From: an uncultured virus (IMG/VR IMGVR_UViG_3300032401_000004)
Taxonomy: Duplodnaviria; Heunggongvirae; Uroviricota; Caudoviricetes
Direction: 5' to 3' (one strand)
Length of the DNA: 20,000 nucleotides
IMG/VR virus record: IMGVR_UViG_3300032401_000004
The translations under genes and the position numbers were made by a program. Position 1 is the stretch's first letter; every line of letters starts with the position of its first letter. A model generated the notes under the pieces. The model was not told the origin of the DNA, searched no databases, and saw only the letters and a program-made list of their open reading frames with translations. Of the stretch, positions 1 to 8,490 are shown in pieces.

Positions 1-1
1 A

Positions 2-403
2 CTGTCGTGGTGGCGTATGATCCACGACAACCCCGACCTGAACGAGCACAAACCGTTCTGGCGCTATGTGCGTGAGCACGGGGACACCTTCGAGAAGTTC
101 TTGATCAACTGCACCGCAGAGGTGCCCGACGACGGCACCACCAAGAGCGCGGTGCGTAACCAGATCGACTACTTCACCAACGAGCGCGGCTACCCTCTCG
201 TGCGCTTCATCGGCCGCTTCGAGCAGTTGCAAGAAGACCTAGACCGCGTAGCGCACCTTGCGCATCTGCCCCCCGGCGCATTGGAGCCGCAAAACACGGC
301 GAGCGTTCGCTGCGACTACCGAGAGCACTACACGCCCAAGTTACGCCAGTTGGTAGCCGACAGGTTCGCCAGGGACATCGCTGCGTTCGGCTACACGTTC
401 TGA
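2..403 (+). CDS. Sulfotransferase family 2 protein, 5'-truncated by the window edge
   Basis: Frame is open from the window start (LSWWRM.., resembling the end of the RLVSxY 3'-PAPS motif). Contains FIGRFEQLQEDL and a C-terminal DYREHYTPKLRQLVADRFARDIAAFGYTF, typical of Sulfotransfer_2 proteins. Confidence 0.8.
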   Translation: MSWWRMIHDNPDLNEHKPFWRYVREHGDTFEKFLINCTAEVPDDGTTKSAVRNQIDYFTNERGYPLVRFIGRFEQLQEDLDRVAHLAHLPPGALEPQNTASVRCDYREHYTPKLRQLVADRFARDIAAFGYTF

Positions 404-407
404 AAGG

Positions 408-440
408 CAAACGCCCCGCCGAGCAAGCTCGACGGGGCGT
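408..440 (-). terminator. Intrinsic terminator hairpin between convergent genes
   Basis: ACGCCCCG-C-CGAGC-AA-GCTCG-A-CGGGGCGT at 411-440. On the minus strand the mismatch becomes a U-G pair and the stem runs into TTTGCCTTT. Confidence 0.7.
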
Positions 441-463
441 CCCAACTGCCTACAGCGAGAGGC

Positions 464-1237
464 TCAGACCTCAGAAGGCTCGTCGTTGAGCATGAAGAGC
501 GCCATGTACGTGACGGTCTTGCCGGGCGTGGTGATGGCTGCGCGCAGCGCCATCTTGACCGACTGCCCTGCGCCGAGCGCAGGGAGGGGGATCTGGTTGA
601 AGTTGCCAGCCGTGACCGGCCAACCCTTGAGCACGAGCTGATCCGTCACACCGTCGTTGACGTAAACGTCCACGAGGTTCGCCGCCGTGTCGTAGTTGGC
701 GACGAAGCCGGGGGCGTCACCGCCCAGAAGGCCGCCTGCGCTCTTGCCGGGCGGCAGAGCCAGCACCGTCTGCAGCGTGGTGCTCAAGATCGCACGGACG
801 CTCTGCACGCCGTACAGGTCGGCGTAACCGGCCTGGATGAACGCGCCACCGACGTAGCCGACGCCCGTTGTGCGGGTGATGAGCTGTTCACCAGGAGCGA
901 GCGTGATGGGGTCGCTCGTCGGCGAGTCGCTGCCGATCTTGGTCTCGTTGCCGGGCACCGCCGTCGCTGCCGCAACTGCGATGTTCGTGACGCTGATCTC
1001 GTTGCCGAGCGCGTCCTTGATGAGCAGCTCGACGTCGATGCCCGCCAACGCCACGAGCGAGGTGTTGAACACCTCGCGAGCGCCGACGAAACGCACACCT
1101 TCGTCAGGTCCAGAAAAGAGCAACTGATCGCCGAGCACCAGCGGGAGCGTCTTGCCGGTCGCCGTGAGCGAGCGAGGGATGTACGTGGGGATGAGGCCGA
1201 TGTTCGCACCGGCACGTTGTTGCAATGGGAGGTTCAT
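464..1237 (-). CDS. Hypothetical beta-rich protein, 257 aa, possibly virion structural
   Basis: Long ORF with AAGGA RBS, its own promoter and terminator. Rich in Gly/Ala/Thr/Val with few charges; two loosely similar halves (ITLAPGEQLI / PALGAGQSVK). Confidence 0.7.
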   Translation of the reverse strand: MNLPLQQRAGANIGLIPTYIPRSLTATGKTLPLVLGDQLLFSGPDEGVRFVGAREVFNTSLVALAGIDVELLIKDALGNEISVTNIAVAAATAVPGNETKIGSDSPTSDPITLAPGEQLITRTTGVGYVGGAFIQAGYADLYGVQSVRAILSTTLQTVLALPPGKSAGGLLGGDAPGFVANYDTAANLVDVYVNDGVTDQLVLKGWPVTAGNFNQIPLPALGAGQSVKMALRAAITTPGKTVTYMALFMLNDEPSEV

Positions 1238-1305
1238 GAATCAGATCCTTGTGTATGGGGTACAGGCCCGAAAGTGAGCAACTGGGCGAAAACCCAGAGA
1301 GCCGC

Positions 1306-1334
1306 AGAATAGCCCCCACCCTAAACCCCTGCAA
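1306..1334 (-). promoter_or_regulatory. Sigma70-type promoter for the 257 aa gene
   Basis: TTGCAG (1334-1329), 17-nt spacer, TATTCT (1311-1306). Confidence 0.6.
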
Positions 1335-1340
1335 CCCTCC

Positions 1341-3806
1341 TCAGTTCGGCTCGTTCTTCTGCTGGATGGCTCGCTGCAGCACGGCTTTGGGCGACGACTC
1401 TATGCGCTCCTTGGGATTTTTGATGCGCAGGCCCGCAAAGAACCGCTCGCCGTGCACCTTCTTGGGCGCAAACTGTTTTTCGAGCGCGGCGTAGAACCGC
1501 TTGCGCTCGTGGAACGTGCGGGTCTTGTACTCGGTGCAGTACTCCTCATATGCGGCCCAGACGGTGGACCGGGCCTCATAGGCCTCGGTGTCAAGCACAC
1601 ACCAGCGTTCCACAAAGTCGCGCAGAGGGTCTTGCTCGTGCCGGTACAACGTGTTGGCCACGATGATCTCGCGCGGCATCACCAGGCGCTCCTTGCGCCA
1701 CATCCGCGCTTCTTTCGCCAGGCGCGCCCAGATGCCTGGGGCCTCTTGCAACAGCCTACGCGGCAGATCTCGGTCTGGCTTGTCCTTGAACGAGGCGTTG
1801 CACTCGATGACACACAGACGACGCCAGATGCCCTCGTCGGTACCACGCACATGCGGCAAGTGGTTGATGGCGAGCCAGAGCGCGAACTCTGGCTTGTAGC
1901 TCCACTCGTCCTGGTAGAGCTTGCGGCCGGTGATGGTGTCGCTGCCGGTCAGCTCTTTGATTAGGCTCTCTGCGAAGCCTCGGCCTTCATCAACTTCCTG
2001 GCAGCCGACCAAGCGAACGCTGGCCAAAGACATGCGCCAGGTCTCGTGCTTGCTACTGCCCTTGGTGGAAAGTAAGTTCTCACTGTTGGCTGCCATCGCG
2101 TAGCCGGTGGGCCCCTGGCCGAAGATCTCCAGGAGCAGGTTCAGGAACGTGCTCTTGCCGTTCGCGCCGTCGCCATGCAGCAGGAACATCTTCTGCTCGT
2201 CCGTCACGCCGCAAGCAGAGTAGCCCATCGCACGCCACAGAAACTGGATCATGCGTTCGTTGCCTTGCATGAAGTCTTTCATGAACATGTCGAAGCGTGG
2301 GCACTCAGCCTTGGGGTCGAAGTCGTACGGCACCATGCGCGTGATGAAATCTTCACGCTTGGCTGGGCCGAACTCACCCGTCGAGAGGTTCAGCGTGCCG
2401 TTCTTGAAGTTGACCAGCCACGGATTCTTGTTGAAGGCGCGGAAGTCGGTGATGATCTTTGGCTTGTGTGTCGCGATGCCCACCGCGTGCAGCTCGCGGG
2501 CTTGAGTCTCGCTCTTGAGTGCGAAGCTGTAGACGTCCTCAAGGCGCTTGCGCAGTTCTTCGTACTTGAACTCAGACTGCACTCTGACGGTGTCACTGGT
2601 GTTCGCGTCGCCGAGCGTCGAGTTGTACAGTTCCTTGGCGGCGAGGTACTCGGCTTCATGTGCCTTGGTCTCTTTAGGGATTGCCCTGATGACCTCGAAC
2701 ATGCGCTCGCGCACCACCTCGTTGCCCGCTTCTTGGTTCCAGAACTTGCCGTTCCAACCGAGCCACGTCTTCCACGACGGCTCCCAGCGGATGTCCGTGT
2801 GATAAGTGTCGATCAATCTTTCGGCAAGCCCAAACTCAGTGAGCGGCCGAGATGGTATTTCGTTGACGACCGGAGGATACCAAGGAGTGTCTGAGCCATC
2901 GTCGATGGCCTTCTCAATCTGCTCTATCGCTTTCTCACGCCACACCGGCACCATGTCCGCGTCTTCGCCGACAGCTTTTCTGTAGCGACGCTCCAGTGCG
3001 AAGAGCACCGAGTTGCGCAAGCGCGACGCCGACATGATGTGCGGCACACCCCGCGCGATGCCGAACACGCGGTGCACCTTCAGGTCGTAGATGGGGCCAG
3101 GCACCGGCCTCTCTTCTATCTCTTTGATCAAGTGGTCGAGCCGCGCGTTCCACAAGTCACGCAGGCCGTCGCCGATGGGCGCTCGCTCCTCTTCGGGCAA
3201 GACCTCGTCGTAGTTCTCAATGGTCGCTTCGCTGAAGCCCTCTGGCATTGCAAGCGAGAGAACGCCGTCTACGTCGAGCGCTGGACCGTCTTGTCCCTCA
3301 TGCTTGAAGTGCGTGATGACGCCGCCCGGCACGTAATACATGTGGCAGGGGTCAGAGCACTTCTTGTCTGCTGTGCCAAGCGCTTGGAAGTACGAGATCA
3401 TCCTCGGAAAGAACTTTGCCCACTCCGTCACGTTCACAGGCCTGCTCAGCTTCACGAACGCGCGATGCTTGTGCTGACCGTCTGGGTTATGGCTGAAGCT
3501 GGTGTGGATGTAGTGGCCATACTTTTTGACGATGTTGAGCGTTTGCGCTTGCTCTTCAGGGCTGCCGCTGTCGAGGTCGAGCACACCCATGTGCACGGCG
3601 ATGACGTTGTGAGCAACGCGGCGCACGATGGGCCCTTGGATGAACTCCGCTGGGATGATCAGCGGCAGCTCATCCTTCTTTTCAGCGGGGATGAACGTCG
3701 TAGGGTCGAGGTTGCTCGCCACGAATGTAGCGAAGTCGGGCTCGACTTCTTGGTAGTCGATGAAGCCTGAATGAGCGACGAATCGGCAGCCAGCCCAGAC
3801 GAGCAT
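1341..3806 (-). CDS. Primase-helicase: AEP/PrimPol-like N-terminus, D5_N domain and SF3 helicase (P4/D5 family)
   Basis: N-terminal VLDLD and HTSFSH motifs; LAERL..WLGWNGKFW and NFKNGTLNL (D5_N); Walker A GDGANGKST; IKELTGSDTITGRKLY; NHLP..DEGIWRRL. Confidence 0.92.
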   Translation of the reverse strand: MLVWAGCRFVAHSGFIDYQEVEPDFATFVASNLDPTTFIPAEKKDELPLIIPAEFIQGPIVRRVAHNVIAVHMGVLDLDSGSPEEQAQTLNIVKKYGHYIHTSFSHNPDGQHKHRAFVKLSRPVNVTEWAKFFPRMISYFQALGTADKKCSDPCHMYYVPGGVITHFKHEGQDGPALDVDGVLSLAMPEGFSEATIENYDEVLPEEERAPIGDGLRDLWNARLDHLIKEIEERPVPGPIYDLKVHRVFGIARGVPHIMSASRLRNSVLFALERRYRKAVGEDADMVPVWREKAIEQIEKAIDDGSDTPWYPPVVNEIPSRPLTEFGLAERLIDTYHTDIRWEPSWKTWLGWNGKFWNQEAGNEVVRERMFEVIRAIPKETKAHEAEYLAAKELYNSTLGDANTSDTVRVQSEFKYEELRKRLEDVYSFALKSETQARELHAVGIATHKPKIITDFRAFNKNPWLVNFKNGTLNLSTGEFGPAKREDFITRMVPYDFDPKAECPRFDMFMKDFMQGNERMIQFLWRAMGYSACGVTDEQKMFLLHGDGANGKSTFLNLLLEIFGQGPTGYAMAANSENLLSTKGSSKHETWRMSLASVRLVGCQEVDEGRGFAESLIKELTGSDTITGRKLYQDEWSYKPEFALWLAINHLPHVRGTDEGIWRRLCVIECNASFKDKPDRDLPRRLLQEAPGIWARLAKEARMWRKERLVMPREIIVANTLYRHEQDPLRDFVERWCVLDTEAYEARSTVWAAYEEYCTEYKTRTFHERKRFYAALEKQFAPKKVHGERFFAGLRIKNPKERIESSPKAVLQRAIQQKNEPN

Positions 3807-3832
3807 GCAACGTACCCCCTACAAGGAAGAGC

Positions 3833-3862
3833 AGGAGTACGCCCGCTTGAAAAAAGCGTCAA
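3833..3862 (-). promoter_or_regulatory. Candidate promoter for the primase-helicase
   Basis: TTGACG (3862-3857), 17 nt, TACTCC (imperfect -10). Overlapped by the inverted repeat CTTGA-N8-TCAAG at 3846-3863. Confidence 0.4.
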
Positions 3863-3883
3863 GAAAGATCGCGTGTAGGTGCT

Positions 3884-3970
3884 GCTCTTGTGGAAGGTCG
3901 GGGCAGGGCGCTACCAGCTGTAGGGGGGACCTCAGTTACGGTGTCCCCGCCCCGACGTAGCCACGATAGC
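3884..3970 (+). other. 87-nt rod-like hairpin (candidate ncRNA or origin element)
   Basis: Nested stems 3884-3893/3961-3970, 3897-3904/3949-3956, 3906-3912/3940-3946 and 3916-3924/3930-3937, with five G-U pairs. Confidence 0.55.
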
Positions 3971-3993
3971 TTGAGAGATCGCCCACGGCAAGC

Positions 3994-4022
3994 TTGACTG
4001 TGCAACTACGCAAGTGCATAGT
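3994..4022 (+). promoter_or_regulatory. Sigma70-type promoter for the rightward replication cluster
   Basis: TTGACT (3994-3999), 17 nt, CATAGT (4017-4022), followed by an AGGGG RBS and ATG at 4043. Confidence 0.6.
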
Positions 4023-4042
4023 CGCGCTCTTGTAGGGGCCCA

Positions 4043-5281
4043 ATGATTGACGCAGCGTTTCGTGATGCGCATCGCATCAGCCCGTCTCAAGTCGAGACGG
4101 GGCGACTTTGTTTACGCAAGTGGGGCTTGGAAAAGCTCGACCGCGTCCCCAAGACTGAGAACAAGTACGCTTCGCGGGGCACCGACTGCCACAGCATGCT
4201 TGAAGTTTGGCAGCGCGACGGCAAAGGGATTGATCTCACAACAGACACCGGCAAGATCGTGTCGTCGGGTCTCAAGTTTCTGCCGCAGCCGGGCACGCAC
4301 ATCGTCGAGCACAACTTCGTGTTCCGCACGGAGCACGCGACGTACCACGGCAAGATGGATCTGCGCGGGCCGTTCGCGTCGCCGTTGCAAGTCATCTGGG
4401 ATCACAAGACCACGTCGAGCTTCAAGTGGCTCAAGCCTCCCGAGATCTTGCGCCGCGACCCACAGGCCAACATCTATGCCTCGGCGACCATCGCCGAGAG
4501 CAAAGCCACTGGCACCTTGGTGGAGCGAGTAGAACAGAACTGGGTCTACTACCTGGCGGATCCCGCGAAGCCCAAGAGCCGCAAGGTGCAACTGCACGTG
4601 CTGCTGGAGGCCAACGCACGTAAGCCTGTGCGCGACCCGAAGCTCGTGAAGCCTGAGCACTTCGGCATCATGTACTTGCCTGAGTTGCAAGATCGTTTCG
4701 GTGAAATAGAAGAGACCGCAGTTCAACTTCTGAGCCTGTACCACGACAAACCCAAAGCGATGGAACTCCCGTACAACGCAGCTGCATGCTCCGCGTACGG
4801 GGGTTGCCCTTACAAAAACAACCCCTGCAAACTGACGATGAGCGAGAGGATAATCAGCATGGAAGCACAAGCCGAGAAGATGTCACTGGCCGACAAGATG
4901 CGCGCGAAACTGGGCATGGGCGGGCCCACCGCGCCCGCCGACAAACCCGCTGCGAGCGAGGAGCCCAAGCGCGAGACCGCGCCAGCCGCAAAGCCCGAAG
5001 CGAAAGCAACGCGCATGGATCCGGCCACTGGAGCACCCAGGGTGAATCCGCCGGAACAAAGCAAAGGTGTGGACCCCGACGCCCCGGCCACGACCAAAGC
5101 GGTGCAGCCCGGTGCCACAGGTGTCTCGGCGGCGTTCGGCCGCACTGAGATCGCCACGCACATGGCGCAGGGCCTTGTCGCGGCGCGCGTGTACTCGCCC
5201 GACGACAACCGCTACCCCGTCAAGGTCGCAGCAGAGGCCGTGCAGCTTGCGGACGCGCTGCTCGCAGCGCTGGCCAAGTGA
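4043..5281 (+). CDS. PD-(D/E)XK Cas4/RecB-like exonuclease with Fe-S cysteines and a 140 aa C-terminal extension
   Basis: ISPSQ..CLRKW, RGTDCH, GKMDL, IWDHKT, QxxxY and CSAYGGCPYKNNPC. The 1+3 Cys arrangement matches Cas4/AddB. Confidence 0.85.
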   Translation: MIDAAFRDAHRISPSQVETGRLCLRKWGLEKLDRVPKTENKYASRGTDCHSMLEVWQRDGKGIDLTTDTGKIVSSGLKFLPQPGTHIVEHNFVFRTEHATYHGKMDLRGPFASPLQVIWDHKTTSSFKWLKPPEILRRDPQANIYASATIAESKATGTLVERVEQNWVYYLADPAKPKSRKVQLHVLLEANARKPVRDPKLVKPEHFGIMYLPELQDRFGEIEETAVQLLSLYHDKPKAMELPYNAAACSAYGGCPYKNNPCKLTMSERIISMEAQAEKMSLADKMRAKLGMGGPTAPADKPAASEEPKRETAPAAKPEAKATRMDPATGAPRVNPPEQSKGVDPDAPATTKAVQPGATGVSAAFGRTEIATHMAQGLVAARVYSPDDNRYPVKVAAEAVQLADALLAALAK

Positions 5282-5490
5282 AGGGCTTGGGCACGCTCCT
5301 GGGGCTGGTGCAGGGCCTCAAGCTCGGCACCGTGCAGTCGCTCGACACGATGAGCGATGAGCACGTGAGCAAGATCCTGTACGAAGCGGTCAAGCGCATA
5401 ACTGCGAGCCTGGAGCTGCCTGCAGCGCGGCAGAAGCGTCTGCTAGGGCTGCTCAAGGGCGTGGTGGCCCGCGTCTTCGAGGAGCTGTGA
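5278..5490 (+). CDS. Hypothetical protein, 70 aa
   Basis: GTGA overlaps with the neighbours on both sides (translational coupling). Confidence 0.65.
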   Translation: MKGLGTLLGLVQGLKLGTVQSLDTMSDEHVSKILYEAVKRITASLELPAARQKRLLGLLKGVVARVFEEL

Positions 5491-5702
5491 CTACCATGGA
5501 CTTGCTCTGGCAGGTTGTGCTGCTAGGGATGATCATCCTCATGGTCGGCTACACGTACTTTCGTTTCCGCAACGAGTGCGTGTGCGGCCACGAGGAAGAC
5601 GAACACATCGGGGAACTGCAAACCCCCGAGGGTGACAAGCTCTCGGGTGTTTGTATGGGCGAGGATCTACGCTGCGCGTGCGGCAGGTATAGGAGGCTGT
5701 GA
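5487..5702 (+). CDS. Small protein with an N-terminal TM helix and a Cys/His metal-binding motif
   Basis: LLWQVVLLGMIILMVGYTYF followed by CVCGH-x4-H...C...CAC; GAGGAG RBS. Confidence 0.7.
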   Translation: MTTMDLLWQVVLLGMIILMVGYTYFRFRNECVCGHEEDEHIGELQTPEGDKLSGVCMGEDLRCACGRYRRL

Positions 5703-6064
5703 TGTTGGACGAACCGCAGGTGCGTCAAGAATCCGAAGACCTGGCCAAGAAGCTCGGACCCGCATGGTCTGCGTTTCAATCTCGGCAGCCAAGCACGATC
5801 GCCGTCATCGCGGATCTTGGAGAAGGTTATCAAGTGCTGGTGTCTGTAACACCCCACGAGGTCAGCACCTGCGTGCGCCAGGAAGTGCCGCAGCAGTTCA
5901 AGAGCGGCATGATCAACGTGCGTGAGTACCTGACCCCTTTCACGCCAATCCTGTATCACCCTAAAGAGGTCGAAGAGATCGAGGTGGCCGTTCGCAAAGC
6001 CCTGCAGGTACAGCTAGGCTATGCAGATCGTGCGTGCGCCGCATTGCGGAGGATCGCCACATGA
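5699..6064 (+). CDS. Hypothetical protein, 121 aa
   Basis: AGGAGG RBS; overlapping start/stop with both neighbours. Confidence 0.7.
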   Translation: MMLDEPQVRQESEDLAKKLGPAWSAFQSRQPSTIAVIADLGEGYQVLVSVTPHEVSTCVRQEVPQQFKSGMINVREYLTPFTPILYHPKEVEEIEVAVRKALQVQLGYADRACAALRRIAT

Positions 6065-6360
6065 AAGTTTTCGAAGTTGAGAAGCTTGACCCGATACCAT
6101 GGTCGAACCGCTACAAACACTGCGAGACAGGCGAAGAGATCAGCCACGCAGACTTTGTTCGTGAGTGTAAAAAGCGCGGCATCAAGCGCCGCAAGTTGCG
6201 CTACGCCCGCGCTTTGAGCGCCGCACGTTCGGTTAAGGTAGAGCGCGACGAGCAGCTCCGCCGCGTGTGTCAGCTATTAGACATCGCTGGTTGGGGGCAC
6301 GAAGCAGCTCCGTGGGGTGACGTGATTGCGTGGTTCAAGGGCAAGGTCGAAGGCGCATGA
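6061..6360 (+). CDS. Hypothetical basic protein, 99 aa
   Basis: GGAGG RBS before ATG 6061; ATGA overlap with the previous stop. Confidence 0.7.
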   Translation: MKVFEVEKLDPIPWSNRYKHCETGEEISHADFVRECKKRGIKRRKLRYARALSAARSVKVERDEQLRRVCQLLDIAGWGHEAAPWGDVIAWFKGKVEGA

Positions 6361-6563
6361 TCCAGGTGTTGATGCAGTTGTCGATGGCTGCGCCAGGCAT
6401 AATCCTGCTTGCGTTCAGTGCAGCTGTCGGCGGCTGGAATCCAACCGTCTTTATCGCCGTGGCGCTATACGGGGTTTACATGTTAGGCCGGATTCAAGCT
6501 GCTGAAAGCCTGTTGCGTGAAGCCCGCGAGGCTCAAGAGCGAGAAGAGCACGACGAACCATGA
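6357..6563 (+). CDS. Small two-TM membrane protein, 68 aa
   Basis: ATGA overlaps at both ends; two hydrophobic segments followed by a charged tail. Confidence 0.6.
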   Translation: MIQVLMQLSMAAPGIILLAFSAAVGGWNPTVFIAVALYGVYMLGRIQAAESLLREAREAQEREEHDEP

Positions 6564-8335
6564 CGCTCGGTACGAACGCAGCCGCTAAGATGTCCAAGGC
6601 CTTCAAGCGCATGGCGCGACAAGAAGTACCCGCAACCGACGAGCTGCACCGCATCCTGGATCTCCCGCGTCGCGTGTGGGAGCAGGATCCGAACCTCGAT
6701 GCGTTCGTCGAGATGGCGACGCGCTACCTAAAAACGCCGACCGGCGCGCAAAAGCTGTTTCCGATTCAAGCCGTAGCGTTGCGTGAGCTGCACGACCTAG
6801 GCGGGCTCTACGGCCCCATACCCGTGGGCGAAGGAAAAACTATTTTGAGCTTTCTTGCACCTGTGGTGCTCGAAGCCGAGCGCCCGCTGCTCGTGGTGCC
6901 AGCGAAACTTCGCGACAAGACCATCCGAGAGTTTGCAGGTCTCGCGCAACACTGGAAGAGCCACTCAGGTTTGCAGATAGTCAGCTACGAGAAACTCTCA
7001 CGCGAGGGGGGCACGGAGCTGCTGCAGCAGTACCGCCCCGACCTACTCATTTTTGACGAGTGTCACCGCCTCAAGAACACGGGCGCAGCAGTTACGCGCA
7101 AGGTTGCTGCGTGGATGAAGACGTTCCCAGAAACCAAAGTGCTGAACCTCACCGGCACCAGCGTGAAGAGAAGCGTCCTGGACTTCGCGCACACGCTGCG
7201 ATGGTCGCTGCCCAACTGCTACCCGCTGCCCCGCAGCCCAGAAGAGCTGGAGGTATGGGCAGCAGCCGTGGATGAGATCAAACACTACGAAAAGCGCACG
7301 CCCGCCAACCCAGGTGCGCTGCTCAAGCTCTGCAATCCTGTCGAGCGCAACGAAGGCCGAGCCGGGATACGCGGAGCAGTGCGCCGCCGCATTCAAGAAA
7401 CTCCAGGCGTGATCTCGTGTGAATCTAAGATGATGGACGTCTCGCTCAACATCCAGCTCGTGCTGGAGGAGAGCTACAACCAGCGCATCCGAGATCTCGC
7501 CACGAAGCTGCACGAGGGCACACTACCTAACGGCGACGTCTACTTCGAAGAAGGCAAGGAAGGCGTACAAGCTCTGCAGAAAAAATGGAGCATCATGCGG
7601 CAGCTGACGAGCGGCTTCTGGTACGACTGGGATCCTCGGCCGCCTGCCGACTGGCTCGCGATGCGATCATCGTGGCGCAAGTCCGTGCGCAGCATCCTGG
7701 AACAGCACATCCCAGGCCTTGAATCCGAAGCACTCGTGTCCAAAGCGGCAGCAAGTGGCAAGATCAATGAGCACTTCCAGACGCTGTACGAAGAGTGGAA
7801 AGCCGTGCGCGGCTTGCACAAGTGGGACGTCGTGCCGGTGTGGGAGGACGACGTCATCATCGAGCGCGTGGCGAAGTGGACCAAACACCACAAAGGGCTC
7901 ATCTGGGTGAGCGAGGTGGGCCTCGGCGAGCGCTTGGAGAAAGATCTCGGGCTGCCGTACTTTCACGAAAAAGGCAAGGACCGCATCGGTAGGTACGTCG
8001 AGAGTATTGACCCCAAGCACGGATCGATTGTCGTCAGCGTGCAGGCCAACGGCGAAGGTCGAAACCTGCAAGTGTGGAACGACAACCTCGTCATCAGCCC
8101 GCCGCCTACAGGCACGGTCTGGGAGCAGCTGCTCGGGCGCACACACCGAACAGGGCAAGAAGCTGACGAGGTCTGGGTCGAAGTGGTGGTCGGCTGCTCT
8201 ACCGAGTGGGAGTGCTGGCGTCAAGCCATGCGGGATTCAAAGTTCGCGGCAGAGATCGACGGCCGCAAGCGGATGACCGTGGCGACCATCGATCAGACGT
8301 TCTCGATTCCGTCGTCAGACGGTGGACTTTGGTGA
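6560..8335 (+). CDS. Superfamily 2 (SNF2-like) helicase
   Basis: Q motif LFPIQ, Walker A GEGKT, LLVVP, DECH, LTGT, GEGRNLQ and QLLGRTHRTGQ. Confidence 0.9.
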   Translation: MTLGTNAAAKMSKAFKRMARQEVPATDELHRILDLPRRVWEQDPNLDAFVEMATRYLKTPTGAQKLFPIQAVALRELHDLGGLYGPIPVGEGKTILSFLAPVVLEAERPLLVVPAKLRDKTIREFAGLAQHWKSHSGLQIVSYEKLSREGGTELLQQYRPDLLIFDECHRLKNTGAAVTRKVAAWMKTFPETKVLNLTGTSVKRSVLDFAHTLRWSLPNCYPLPRSPEELEVWAAAVDEIKHYEKRTPANPGALLKLCNPVERNEGRAGIRGAVRRRIQETPGVISCESKMMDVSLNIQLVLEESYNQRIRDLATKLHEGTLPNGDVYFEEGKEGVQALQKKWSIMRQLTSGFWYDWDPRPPADWLAMRSSWRKSVRSILEQHIPGLESEALVSKAAASGKINEHFQTLYEEWKAVRGLHKWDVVPVWEDDVIIERVAKWTKHHKGLIWVSEVGLGERLEKDLGLPYFHEKGKDRIGRYVESIDPKHGSIVVSVQANGEGRNLQVWNDNLVISPPPTGTVWEQLLGRTHRTGQEADEVWVEVVVGCSTEWECWRQAMRDSKFAAEIDGRKRMTVATIDQTFSIPSSDGGLW

Positions 8336-8351
8336 CGGTCTTGTGTACGTT
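8323..8351 (+). promoter_or_regulatory. Candidate sigma70-type promoter
   Basis: TGGACT (8323-8328), 17 nt, TACGTT (8346-8351). The predicted start at about 8358 coincides with the base of a stem. Confidence 0.5.
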
Positions 8352-8358
8352 TGCGCAA

Positions 8359-8438
8359 GTGTTGGGGCGGCTGTGGCGTGCAGGGGGATCCTGCAACCTC
8401 GTTGGTCGTGCTCCGAGTCTGCATCACCGCCTCAACAC
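8359..8438 (+). other. Structured leader or candidate ncRNA upstream of the SSB-like gene
   Basis: 12-bp stem 8359-8370/8427-8438 enclosing hairpins 8379-8395 and 8398-8417. Confidence 0.5.
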
Positions 8439-8490
8439 CTTAAACAAAAACAGCCAATGGTTATAGACAACTGCAACAGGAGACAGACAC

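Noticed and set aside
2175..3770. Long plus-strand ORFs (239 and 243 aa) and similar antisense ORFs elsewhere, such as 4112-4870, 15581-16201 and 18700-19281
   Set aside because: Shadow ORFs opposite well-supported genes, expected from high-GC codon bias; no motifs.
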